The notes under the pieces are model-generated. The model was given only the letters and a program-made list of their open reading frames with translations. It was not told the origin of the DNA and did not search any database. A program made the translations under genes and the position numbers. 28,675 bases of DNA from Pseudomonadota bacterium (GTDB taxonomy: Bacteria > Pseudomonadota > Alphaproteobacteria > RF32 > CAG-239), in contig CAKJXZ020000069.1 of NCBI GenBank assembly GCA_918234285.1, positions 1 through 28,675 of the forward strand. Reading direction: 5' to 3'. How positions within the stretch are numbered: position 1 is the first letter of the stretch; the number at the start of each line of letters is the position of its first letter. Shown here piece by piece: positions 1 to 8,480 of the stretch.

Positions 1-327
1 GGAGCACCGCAAGAAGTCGGCGGAGATTTTAGTTGCAGTAAAAATAATGACTTATTATCTTTATTCGGATTGCCTCAAATGTCGGATGATAAAAGTATAT
101 ATTGCGATGATGATTTGATGGAAAGATATAATTGCCCGAAGGCGGAAAATGAAGACGGCGATTATTATATAAAATATAAAGACTTGATTGAGAGCGCAAA
201 GTATCAAAGTGAGTTATCCGTCTATAAAATTCGGCAGAAAAAGCACGAGGAAAATAAGGTTGCTCAGGATAAGTTTAAGGCCGGCTATGCCGCATTTAAG
301 AAAAAACAGGCTGAGGAACGGGAATAG
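1..327 (+). CDS. 21-aa LRR family protein, 5'-truncated by the window edge
   Basis: Frame is open from base 1 (GAPQEVGGDFSCSKNNDLLSLFGLPQ...). It ends in the family tail YQSELSVYKIRQKKHEE...KAGYAAFKKKQAEERE. Confidence 0.9.
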   Translation, partial: GAPQEVGGDFSCSKNNDLLSLFGLPQMSDDKSIYCDDDLMERYNCPKAENEDGDYYIKYKDLIESAKYQSELSVYKIRQKKHEENKVAQDKFKAGYAAFKKKQAEERE

Positions 328-337
328 GGAGGATTAT

Positions 338-1084
338 ATGGTATCCGTGTCACTTAAACAACTTAAAGCAATATTAAACAATGATAAATATCTTCCGTAT
401 GAACAAGACGGCAAGACCTATAATCTTTATGATATGCCCGATGGGTTTGTAATAAAGGGTAATGTGGACTTAAGGGATAAAGGACTTACCGAATTACCTG
501 ATTTATCGAAAGTGATTGTTGAAGGATGTTTTGAGTGTCAGCGCAACAGACTTATTTCTTTGAAAGGCGCACCGCAAAAAGTAACAGGATTCTTTGATTG
601 CCATGAGAATAGTCTTGTATCATTGGAGGGAGCGCCTAAAGAAGTGGGAGAAAACTTCTACTGTTATCAGAATCATTTGGCAACAATGGAGGGAGCTCCA
701 CAAGTAATAGGCGGGGATTTTAATTGTGATTACAATAAGTTAAGTTCATTAAAAGGCGCACCGCAAAAAGTCGGGGGAGAGTTTAATTGTTCCCATAATC
801 CTTGGTTGGAGTCACTTTACGGAATATCGGCAATACCGGTCGGCGGAAAAATATATTGTAACGATGAATTGGGAGAAAAATACGGATTTTCTGATTCGCA
901 AAGTAAGGGTTTTGTTTATGAAGACTTAATTAAAAGTCAGGTTTATAAAAACGAGGTACTTATTGATGATATTATCCGTAAAAAACATACTAAAGAGCAT
1001 GAAGATGTAAAAACGCAAAATCATACTCAATTTAAGGCCGGATATGCGGCGTTTAAGAAAAAACAGGCCGAGGAACGGGAATAG
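338..1084 (+). CDS. 21-aa LRR family protein (5 repeats)
   Basis: Start moved from 188 to ATG 338 behind GGAGG (328-332). N-cap EQDGKTYNLYDMPDGFVIKG, repeats of type xxVGGxFxCxxNxLTSLxGAP, tail EERE. Confidence 0.9.
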   Translation: MVSVSLKQLKAILNNDKYLPYEQDGKTYNLYDMPDGFVIKGNVDLRDKGLTELPDLSKVIVEGCFECQRNRLISLKGAPQKVTGFFDCHENSLVSLEGAPKEVGENFYCYQNHLATMEGAPQVIGGDFNCDYNKLSSLKGAPQKVGGEFNCSHNPWLESLYGISAIPVGGKIYCNDELGEKYGFSDSQSKGFVYEDLIKSQVYKNEVLIDDIIRKKHTKEHEDVKTQNHTQFKAGYAAFKKKQAEERE

Positions 1085-1094
1085 GGGAATAGCC

Positions 1095-1979
1095 ATGGCA
1101 AGACGCTTGGAATATGTGCAGGACGGAAAAACCTATAACCTTTACGATTTACCCGACGGATTCGTAATCAATGGTAATCTGGATTTGCGCGACAGGGGTT
1201 TGACCGAATTGCCCGATTTATCCAAGGTTGTTGTTAAAGGGTTTTTTGATTGCAGCGAAAACAAATTGACTTCTTTAAAAGGGGCACCTAAGGAAGTGGA
1301 GGGACATTTTGATTGCCGGCGTAATCAACTGACTTCTCTGCAGGGAGCATCGCGAAAAGTCGGCGGAAATTTCAGGTGTAGCAATAATGAGCTTACAACG
1401 CTTGAAGGAGCGCCTATAGAAGTCGGTATGGGTTTTCATTGTCACCATAATAAATTGACTACGCTCAAAGGGGTGCCGCAAGCGCTCAGCGACGATTTTG
1501 ATTGCAGCAACAATAACCTTACTTCGCTACGGTGGCTGCCTAAGGAAATCGGCGGCTGGCTTATGTGCAGCGATAATAAGCTGACGGATTTGGAAGGTTC
1601 GCCGCAAACGTTGGGCGGAGGTATGGATTGCAGCTATAACGAGCTCACTTCTTTGGCCGGAGCGCCGCAAAAAACGGGCGGAAACTTTGTTTGCAGCCAT
1701 AATAAGTTGGAATCGCTTTTCGGTGTGCCGGAGATTCCGGATATGTGTGTTTTTCATTGTGATATTGAAGTGGGAGAGAAATACGGATTGGATGAAATTC
1801 CTTTCGGAGTTCAGCTTTGCCAACTTACCCGGAGTCCGCTTTATAAAAGTGAGCTGTCCGCCTATAAAATTCGGCAGAAAAAACACGAGGAACGGGAAAA
1901 GAAAGATGCCGAGACCAAGGCTAAGAATAAAGCCGGATTTGCCGCGTTTAAGAAACAAAAATACGAAGAACGGGAATAA
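1095..1979 (+). CDS. 21-aa LRR family protein (8 repeats)
   Basis: Start moved to ATG 1095 (MARRLEY) behind AGGGG. Same N-cap, repeats and tail. Confidence 0.9.
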   Translation: MARRLEYVQDGKTYNLYDLPDGFVINGNLDLRDRGLTELPDLSKVVVKGFFDCSENKLTSLKGAPKEVEGHFDCRRNQLTSLQGASRKVGGNFRCSNNELTTLEGAPIEVGMGFHCHHNKLTTLKGVPQALSDDFDCSNNNLTSLRWLPKEIGGWLMCSDNKLTDLEGSPQTLGGGMDCSYNELTSLAGAPQKTGGNFVCSHNKLESLFGVPEIPDMCVFHCDIEVGEKYGLDEIPFGVQLCQLTRSPLYKSELSAYKIRQKKHEEREKKDAETKAKNKAGFAAFKKQKYEERE

Positions 1980-1990
1980 GGAGCAGAGAT

Positions 1991-2761
1991 ATGGCGCAAT
2001 TAATCGAAAACTTTAAGTTTGAACAAGACGGGAAAACTTACAGCCTTTATAACTTGCCTGATGGGTTTGTGATTGAAGGCGATGTGGATTTGGAAGGTAA
2101 AGGCCTGACCGAACTGCCTGATTTATCGAAAGTTACGGTAACAGGATATTTTAATTGCTCCAATAATGCTCTTACCTCTTTGCGAGGGGCGCCGCGAGAA
2201 GTTGGCGGAGATTTTGGTTGCTTCTCCAATCAACTGACCTCTTTGCAGGGGGCACCGCAAAAAGTTGGTGGAGGTTTTTGGTGTGAAGATAATAAATTGA
2301 CCACCTTAAAGGGAGCGCCGCAAAAAACCGGCGATAGTTTTGTGTGTAGTAACAATCAACTGACTACGCTGGAGGGGGCACCGAAAGAAGTGGGTGGAGG
2401 TTTCAGTTGCAAGGGTAATGAGTTGACAACGCTCAGGGGAGCGCCGCAGAAGATTACGAGGGATTTTAATTGCGCCGAAAATCCGGACTTATCTTCGTTG
2501 TTCGGAATATCCGAAATGTTGGCAGATAAAAAAATAGATTGCGATTACTGGGTGATGACAAAATACGGTTCTCCTGATCCGGTAAACGGATGTATCAGTT
2601 ATAGTGTTTTAACTGCCAGCGCAAAATATAAGAGCGAGTTAGCCGCATATAATATTAAGAAAAAACATGAGGAACGTATGCAAAAAGAGGCGGAGATGAA
2701 GGCAAAACATAAGTCGGGATTTGCTACGTTCAAAAAAATGAAGGCCGAGGAGCGGGAATAG
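1991..2761 (+). CDS. 21-aa LRR family protein (6 repeats)
   Basis: AAGGAG RBS. Same N-cap, repeats and EERE tail. Confidence 0.9.
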   Translation: MAQLIENFKFEQDGKTYSLYNLPDGFVIEGDVDLEGKGLTELPDLSKVTVTGYFNCSNNALTSLRGAPREVGGDFGCFSNQLTSLQGAPQKVGGGFWCEDNKLTTLKGAPQKTGDSFVCSNNQLTTLEGAPKEVGGGFSCKGNELTTLRGAPQKITRDFNCAENPDLSSLFGISEMLADKKIDCDYWVMTKYGSPDPVNGCISYSVLTASAKYKSELAAYNIKKKHEERMQKEAEMKAKHKSGFATFKKMKAEERE

Positions 2762-2792
2762 AGGCTTTTATTGCTGTTTATAAGGTGTCGAC

Positions 2793-2815
2793 AGCCGTCG
2801 GTACGGGCGGTTTTT
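2793..2815 (+). terminator. Putative intrinsic terminator ending LRR array 1
   Basis: AGCCGTC/GGCGGTT stem with G-U pairs, running into a T tract. Confidence 0.5.
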
Positions 2816-2931
2816 ATCAGTAAAAATTTTACCCGATTTAGGTGGATAAAAAGCAAAAAATACTTTTTATCCGCTAGCGGTTTTGCTATATTTAATCAGT
2901 TTTATTTATAAGTAAATTGAAGAGGTATGAA

Positions 2932-5751
2932 GTGACTGAAGAAATTCAAGAAACACAGGAAGTTAGTGTGGTTAAAACCGATAATATCGCCCCGACCATG
3001 ATTTCGGAAGAAATGCGCCGCAGCTATTTGGATTATGCCATGAGCGTAATCGTTTCGCGTGCGTTGCCGGATGCGCGTGACGGTATGAAACCGGTGCATC
3101 GCCGCATTATTTACGGAATGTATGAAAACGGCTATGATTCGAGCAAACCTTATCGTAAATCGGCGCGTATCGTCGGTGATGTTATGGGTAAATATCACCC
3201 GCACGGTGACAGTTCGATTTATGAAGCAATGGTGCGTATGGCACAGCCTTTCTCCATGCGGGTTACGCTGGTTGACGGCCAGGGTAACTTCGGCTCGATG
3301 GATGGCGACGGCGCCGCGGCCATGCGTTATACCGAAGCGCGTTTGGCTAAGGTTTCCGCTTGCCTGACCGATAACTTGGATGAAGATACCGTCGACTTTA
3401 TGCCGAACTATGATGAATCTTTACAAGAGCCGACCGTATTGCCGGCACGTTTTCCGAACTTATTGGTTAACGGCGGCAGCGGTATTGCCGTAGGTATGGC
3501 TACCAACATTCCGCCACATAATTTGGGCGAAGTAATCGACGCTTGTTGTGCCTATATAGATAATCCGGATATCAGTGTAGAAGAGCTGATTAATATTGTT
3601 CCGGGGCCGGATTTTCCTACCGGCGGTCTGATTTTGGGCTACGGCGGTGCCAAACAGGCATATTTGACCGGTCGCGGCTCGGTAATGATGCGCGCTAAAT
3701 GCTCGATTGAAGAAATCCGCAAAGATAAAGAAGCCATTATCGTGCACGAAGTACCGTATCAAATCAACAAGGCCAATTTGGTGGCGCATATCGCCGAACT
3801 GGTTAAGGATAAGCGCATTGAGGGAATTTCCGATATTCGTGATGAATCCGACCGTCAGGGCGTACGCATCGTGATTGAAATCAAGCGCGATTTTCAGGCC
3901 GATGTGATTTTGAACCAACTCTATAAATACACCGAACTGCAAACCAGTTTCGGTATGAATATGCTGGCGATTAACGGCGGCCGGCCGATGATGATGAATT
4001 TGCGCGACATTATTGCCACCTTTATCGAATTCCGCGAAGAAGTAATTCGTCGCCGCACCGTGTATCGCTTGAATAAGGCGCGTAACCGCGCTCACGTTTT
4101 GGTCGGTTTGGCGATTGCCGTGGAAAATCTCGACCCGGTAATCGAGCTGATTAAAAATGCTCCGACGCCGCAAGACGCGCGTGAACAGTTGGTCAGCCGC
4201 AAATGGCCGGCTGCCGCGATTGAAGATTGGGTTAAACTGATTGACGAGCCGGACAGAAAGGTGGTTGACGGTATTTATATGATGTCGGATGACCAGGCTC
4301 GCGCTATTTTGGATTTGAAACTGCAACGCTTGACCGGTTTGGAACGCGACAAAATTCACGAAGAACTGGTGGATTTGGGCGCGGCGATTAAGGAGTTCCT
4401 GTCTATTCTTTCGAGCCGGGAAAAGCTCTATGGAATTATGCGCGATGAACTGGTGGCGGTTAAAGACGAATACGCCACTCCGCGTATGACCGAAATTCAG
4501 GATATTGAATATAACCAAGATATTGAATCGCTGATTCAGCGTGAAGAAATGGTGGTTACCGTGACCGAAGAAGGTTATATCAAACGCGTACCGCTGAATG
4601 CCTATAAAGCACAAAAACGCGGAGGTAAGGGTAAGTCGGGTATGACTACCAAAGATGAGGATTTTGTTACCCGTCTGTTTGTGGCCAGCACGCACACGCC
4701 GGTACTGTTCTTCTCGAGCCGCGGTATTGTTTATAAGATGAAAGTTTATAAACTGCCGCTCGGTTCGCCGACCTCTAAGGGCAAGCCGTTTATTAACTTG
4801 TTGCCTCTGGAAAATGGCGAAAATATTACCGCCATTATGAAGTTGCCGGAAAATGAGGAGGAGTGCAAGGGCGTTTCAATTGCTTTTGCAACCGCCAGCG
4901 GTAACATTCGTCGCAACAGTTTGATGGACTTTGTCAATGTTCAATCCAACGGTAAGATTGCGATGAAGCTTGATGAAGGCGATAAGCTGATTAACGTGGC
5001 GATGTGTGACGAAAACAACGATATTATGTTGGCAACGCGTCAAGGTAAGTGCATTCGCTTCCCGGTAACCGATGTCCGCGTGTTTGTCGGCCGTAACTCC
5101 ACCGGCGTGCGCGGTATTAAGTTGGCAAAGGGCGATGAAGTTATCTCGATGACCATGCTCAAGCATATTAAGGCGCCGATTGAAGAACGCGATGAGTATT
5201 TGAAAGTCTCCGGTGCCATGAAACGCATTGATGCCGAAAGTGGCGAAACCAGCTGCATTACGGCTGATCAGACCGGCTTATTGAACCTGCTCAGCTTGGA
5301 GAAGTTTGAAGAAATGCAAAAGATGGAAGAATTCATCTTAACCGTGACGGTAACCGGCTACGGCAAGCGTTCTTCTTCGTATGAATATCGCGTGACCGGT
5401 CGTGGCGGTTCGGGTATTGCCAATATGGAAATGTCGCCGCGCAATAAGGAAGTTGTCAGCTCGTTCCCGATTACCGAAGATAAGGATATTATGATGGTAA
5501 CCGACGGCGGTAAGCTTATCAGAATGCCGGTTGATGACATTCGTATTGCCGGTCGTAAGACGCAGGGCGTGATTTTGTTCCGTACTGCCGAAAATGAGAA
5601 CGTTGTTTCGGTAACCAAACTTGATGCCGATGAAGGTACCGACGAGGAAATCGATGAGGAGAACGACAACGTGATTGATACCGAGGCCGAGAATGCGGAA
5701 ATCGCAGCCGAGGCAATCAGCGAGCCGCGTACCGACGAGGCCGACGCCTAA
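2932..5751 (+). CDS. gyrA: DNA gyrase subunit A
   Basis: [26 protein letters not shown], catalytic AAMRYTE and GyrA-box QKRGGKG, which distinguishes it from ParC. Start is probably GTG 2932 after GAGGT (ORF track gives TTG 2917). Confidence 0.97.
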   Translation: MTEEIQETQEVSVVKTDNIAPTMISEEMRRSYLDYAMSVIVSRALPDARDGMKPVHRRIIYGMYENGYDSSKPYRKSARIVGDVMGKYHPHGDSSIYEAMVRMAQPFSMRVTLVDGQGNFGSMDGDGAAAMRYTEARLAKVSACLTDNLDEDTVDFMPNYDESLQEPTVLPARFPNLLVNGGSGIAVGMATNIPPHNLGEVIDACCAYIDNPDISVEELINIVPGPDFPTGGLILGYGGAKQAYLTGRGSVMMRAKCSIEEIRKDKEAIIVHEVPYQINKANLVAHIAELVKDKRIEGISDIRDESDRQGVRIVIEIKRDFQADVILNQLYKYTELQTSFGMNMLAINGGRPMMMNLRDIIATFIEFREEVIRRRTVYRLNKARNRAHVLVGLAIAVENLDPVIELIKNAPTPQDAREQLVSRKWPAAAIEDWVKLIDEPDRKVVDGIYMMSDDQARAILDLKLQRLTGLERDKIHEELVDLGAAIKEFLSILSSREKLYGIMRDELVAVKDEYATPRMTEIQDIEYNQDIESLIQREEMVVTVTEEGYIKRVPLNAYKAQKRGGKGKSGMTTKDEDFVTRLFVASTHTPVLFFSSRGIVYKMKVYKLPLGSPTSKGKPFINLLPLENGENITAIMKLPENEEECKGVSIAFATASGNIRRNSLMDFVNVQSNGKIAMKLDEGDKLINVAMCDENNDIMLATRQGKCIRFPVTDVRVFVGRNSTGVRGIKLAKGDEVISMTMLKHIKAPIEERDEYLKVSGAMKRIDAESGETSCITADQTGLLNLLSLEKFEEMQKMEEFILTVTVTGYGKRSSSYEYRVTGRGGSGIANMEMSPRNKEVVSSFPITEDKDIMMVTDGGKLIRMPVDDIRIAGRKTQGVILFRTAENENVVSVTKLDADEGTDEEIDEENDNVIDTEAENAEIAAEAISEPRTDEADA

Positions 5752-5775
5752 AAACGGCTGAAATTAATTCATAAG

Positions 5776-5807
5776 GCGCCTTGCACCTCAAAAGTGCAGG
5801 GCGTTTT
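5776..5807 (+). terminator. Intrinsic terminator after gyrA
   Basis: 11-bp stem GCGCCTTGCAC/GTGCAGGGCGT followed by TTT. Confidence 0.75.
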
Positions 5808-5833
5808 GTGTATAGATGATATTAAGGGCAGAG

Positions 5834-5880
5834 CTTTTCCGGCGAACTGCCCTATAAATCAATACCTGTTAAGGATAATC
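5834..5880 (-). pseudogene. Decayed copy of the toxin-family DYPQFGTNFWGGSPE segment
   Basis: Minus strand reads gat tat cct taa ca- ggt att gat tta tag ggc agt tcg ccg gaa, i.e. DYP*-GIDL*GSSPE. Alignment needs a 1-nt gap; the W codon TGG appears as TAG. Confidence 0.5.
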
Positions 5881-5885
5881 CTTTG

Positions 5886-5913
5886 TTGACTTTTTCAATA
5901 TATATTTTATTAT
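5886..5913 (+). promoter_or_regulatory. Sigma70-like promoter of the Cys-rich gene
   Basis: TTGACT-16 nt-TATTAT, then GGAG RBS before ATG 5939. Confidence 0.55.
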
Positions 5914-5938
5914 AAATACAATTTTATGGAGTATAAAA

Positions 5939-6838
5939 ATGAAAAAGTTGGTTTTGATTTTAGGACTTTGTTTGAGTTTTGGCGCAAATGCTCGGGCGGA
6001 AGATAATAGTTTTAAGGATTGTGATTTCATTATATATAACAAATGTATTTCTTGCAACACACCTTATGCTTTTGAAGTGGGATATGATGTGAATTGCACG
6101 TCGGTATGTCCTAACCGAGATGTTTTGCATGAGGGTAGCGGTTATTACTCTCGGAAGTTCTGTTTTTTGAAACAATGCCCTGATGATAAACCATATCGCC
6201 ACAGCGATGGCTCATGTTACGAAGATGAAAATCGCGTTCCGAGATGGGATAACGCGTACAAAGGTTTTTATGATATGTTTTCTGATGATAATATTGAAAG
6301 ACAGATACATATTTTGGCGGGCGATAATAATCAATGTTCGCCGAGTGAGCCATTATTTTATGAAAATGAGTGTTTTTCTTGTAATGAAACCCAAAACATT
6401 CCAATTTCAGAAACTGAATGCCGTAAATGTTCAAATCGTCAATACATCTATTCTAAACAATGGAATCGTGGAGAGTGTGTTTTACCGTGTCCGCCCGATA
6501 AACCTTTGAAACGTTGGGATGGAAAATGTTTTTCGTGTGATGAAAAGAAGGTTGTTCCTCTTGAAACATGGTGTAATTTTGATGTTGATTGTGATGTATG
6601 CCCGAACAGAACCATCCTTTATGCAATAGGCGGTAACATTCCGAGTATTCTTAACTGTCCGCTCGATAAACCGCTAATGGACGCTCATGGAACTTGCTAT
6701 TCATGCGAAACCGAACAATACGTTGATGTCAGATGGAATAGTGATTCATGCAACAAAATCTGCCCCAATCGCTATTTAGACACCACCAATGACAGTTGTA
6801 TTCTAAATGGAATGAAATTTAAACCAAATGAAAAATAA
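5939..6838 (+). CDS. Secreted cysteine-rich repeat protein, candidate immunity protein for the convergent lysozyme-like cassette
   Basis: Signal peptide MKKLVLILGLCLSFGANARA. About four repeats of CPxDKPL..G.CxSC...CxxCPNR. AT-rich. The immunity role is inference. Confidence 0.75.
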   Translation: MKKLVLILGLCLSFGANARAEDNSFKDCDFIIYNKCISCNTPYAFEVGYDVNCTSVCPNRDVLHEGSGYYSRKFCFLKQCPDDKPYRHSDGSCYEDENRVPRWDNAYKGFYDMFSDDNIERQIHILAGDNNQCSPSEPLFYENECFSCNETQNIPISETECRKCSNRQYIYSKQWNRGECVLPCPPDKPLKRWDGKCFSCDEKKVVPLETWCNFDVDCDVCPNRTILYAIGGNIPSILNCPLDKPLMDAHGTCYSCETEQYVDVRWNSDSCNKICPNRYLDTTNDSCILNGMKFKPNEK

Positions 6839-6876
6839 ATGATTAACATAATAATATTCATAATAAGATTCCGAGT

Positions 6877-8046
6877 TTATCTATAAAATTTTCCTTTCAT
6901 ACACATATCAGAAACCCATTGGTTACGCCTCTTTATATCATCACGCCTTTTATCAAGGCGGTGTAGGTTGTCGCAATAATCCCTTTTATTCATTTTTTCG
7001 GCTGCTCTTTTAGCTAGCATCCAACTATCCTTCGGTTCCATATTTCCGGTAAAATGTACATCCATTGTTGCGGCTTGCATCTCCGGTGACATATATAACC
7101 AATTAGTAATGACTTTATTTAGAGTATTCCAACGAGACTCAATATCCTCATTATACAAATCGCTACAATATTCTTGCGGCAATCTTGCATTTGTTTCGGT
7201 TGCATATAATTCTGGCTTAAAATTCGTTGGTAAACTTTTTAACTTTTTTTCTGCTGACAACATTTGCGATTTACTTAGTGATTGTCCGCTCGTTACATCA
7301 ATCCAAGGATGTGTATTGAAGTCATTTTTCATATTATGACCTATACAACCTGTAATATCCCCATTGATATCAGGATAAGGAAATACCATTCCATTATCAT
7401 CAATGGTTCTTTCATATCCCTCTTGTAGAATATGAAAATTACGGAGTTGATTATATGCATCAGATTGAACAAATTGATCGTATGTAGTTTTTTCTACATT
7501 TGGATAACTTGAAACATTAGTATGTACCATATTTTGCCCGAGTGAAGTCGGGGCGATGTATTGAGGTAATAGCGATGCCAGATAACGATTTATCGGCTCC
7601 ATAATCGGTGAAGATGTCGTGTTTGGAGCGATGTTTGCGCTTTGGTTGGTCGGTTGTGAGGCAAAAGCAGATGGGGTTTGTATCTGATACCCCGTCGCCT
7701 TTGACGCACCATATATCGGCGATGATGTATATGCACTTTGCACTTCAAGCGATGTCGTATTCGGCGCGGTAATCGCACCGGCGACGTTTTCTATTGCTCT
7801 GCCCGTAGCACTGCCAGAAGTGTTGTTATTCTGAAAATAACTGCTCGGTTTGCCGACCAAACTTTCGGTGTTGGCTGTATAATCGGAATTTGCAGTGACT
7901 TGCCCGTTATTTGTGTTGTTATTAAGCCGATTTGTTACGTTTTCGATATTTTGCTTAATGTTTGAAGTGCCGAAGCCGTAGTTATTTTCAGGTGAGCCGC
8001 CCCAAAAGTTTGTGCCGAACTGCGGATAGTCTCCACCTTGCAACAA
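6877..8046 (-). CDS. Start-less (probably silent) toxin cassette with a C-terminal T4-type (GH24-like) lysozyme domain
   Basis: Begins with a copy of an internal segment of 8471-9781, followed by an S/T/N-rich linker. Motif EG...PYPDINGDITGCIGH resembles the E...Y-x-D-x-x-G-x-x-T-x-G-x-GH signature of phage lysozymes. TTG start has no SD. Confidence 0.7.
   Translation of the reverse strand: MLQGGDYPQFGTNFWGGSPENNYGFGTSNIKQNIENVTNRLNNNTNNGQVTANSDYTANTESLVGKPSSYFQNNNTSGSATGRAIENVAGAITAPNTTSLEVQSAYTSSPIYGASKATGYQIQTPSAFASQPTNQSANIAPNTTSSPIMEPINRYLASLLPQYIAPTSLGQNMVHTNVSSYPNVEKTTYDQFVQSDAYNQLRNFHILQEGYERTIDDNGMVFPYPDINGDITGCIGHNMKNDFNTHPWIDVTSGQSLSKSQMLSAEKKLKSLPTNFKPELYATETNARLPQEYCSDLYNEDIESRWNTLNKVITNWLYMSPEMQAATMDVHFTGNMEPKDSWMLAKRAAEKMNKRDYCDNLHRLDKRRDDIKRRNQWVSDMCMKGKFYR
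7822..8030. repeat. Direct repeat, copy B (partner 9350-9597)
   Basis: 7919-8030 matches 9486-9597 except for a few mismatches in one cluster. 7822-7921 matches about 9350-9450 more loosely. Confidence 0.95.
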
Positions 8047-8086
8047 AACTTAAAGTATATATTCTAAATATTTTTCAATTTATATA

Positions 8087-8114
8087 TTGACAATTACTTA
8101 AAATATGTTATATT
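8087..8114 (+). promoter_or_regulatory. Sigma70-like promoter for candidate ncRNA2
   Basis: TTGACA-16 nt-TATATT with extended TG. Palindrome TACCTTAAGGTA at 8120-8131, near the expected +1. Confidence 0.65.
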
Positions 8115-8119
8115 TAAAA

Positions 8120-8242
8120 TACCTTAAGGTACTTTCACTTGTAGGAACGAAATATTTGATCGCCTACCTTGTATCCTTGGTCGAGAACCAGCTCTGTCAA
8201 GGGATTGAAAGAGTAAGAGCCCTCGTTGAGGGCACTTTTCTA
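8120..8242 (+). ncRNA. Candidate structured small RNA (ncRNA2), convergent with the toxin stub
   Basis: Outer stem CTTTCA(8132-37)/TGAAAG(8206-11) encloses GTAGG/CCTAC and ATCC-TTGG/TCAA-GGAT hairpins. Terminator GCCCTC-GTT-GAGGGC-ACTTTTCT. No credible ORF. Confidence 0.6.
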
Positions 8243-8244
8243 TT

Positions 8245-8361
8245 TTACCGGTCAATATAGTACATTGTTGAAATAATATTTTCGTCATTCTTAGGAGAGG
8301 TTACTACTCTAAATGGTCCGTTTTTACTCCGCGCCAAATAAACGTTTTGACCTATTGACAT
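8245..8361 (-). pseudogene. 38-codon C-terminal stub of a displaced toxin domain (not in the ORF track)
   Basis: MSIGQNVYLARSKNGPFRVVTSPKNDENIISTMYYIDR*. Three short predicted beta-strands, like the end of the 8471-9781 protein. No SD, and its ATG overlaps the -35 box of the ncRNA1 promoter. Confidence 0.5.
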
Positions 8362-8383
8362 ACATTTCAATTTCAATTAGTAT
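8355..8383 (+). promoter_or_regulatory. Sigma70-like promoter for candidate ncRNA1
   Basis: TTGACA-17 nt-TAGTAT. Confidence 0.65.
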
Positions 8384-8389
8384 AACAAT

Positions 8390-8480
8390 GTCAGATGGCA
8401 GTAAATCGTCCAGCGCTGCGGAGCGGGTATATTTACCTTTATCGATGAGGGAGGTGGGCGTCCCTCCTGACTATTTATTT
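8390..8480 (+). ncRNA. Candidate pseudoknotted small RNA (ncRNA1), convergent with the full-length toxin gene
   Basis: Stems GTCAG/CTGAC (8390-94/8467-71), GTAAAT/ATTTAC, CGCT-GCGG-AGCG and GAGGGA/TCCCTC. Loop TGGGCG (8455-60) can pair with CGTCCA (8407-12). GC-rich island in AT-rich DNA. Confidence 0.6.

Noticed and set aside
188-337. In-frame upstream extensions of the LRR genes (also 1044-1094), suggesting frameshift fusion at the A-run in the tail
   Set aside because: They are alternative-frame readings of the conserved tail, SD sites mark the downstream ATGs, and the frame offset is not kept at the 1979/1991 junction.
1-2761. Diversity-generating retroelement or CRISPR as the source of the repeats
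   Set aside because: No reverse transcriptase, template repeat or cas gene is present. The repeats are in-frame coding units, and variation is not restricted to adenines.
3190-3250. Quinolone-resistance changes in GyrA
   Set aside because: [10 protein letters not shown] keeps Ser at the position equivalent to 83 and an acidic residue at 87.
3460-4695. 411-aa antisense ORF within gyrA, and similar shadow ORFs over endA, DUF2130, SIMPL and the M20 gene
   Set aside because: Expected from codon bias opposite well-supported genes; no motifs recognised.
6841-6868. dif-like site linking XerC to the cassettes
   Set aside because: Only the XerD-like arm partly matches, in very AT-rich DNA, and it lies between toxin and partner rather than at a module edge.
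6877-7500. Prophage endolysin
   Set aside because: No holin or other phage genes, and the domain is fused to the toxin-family repeat and linker.
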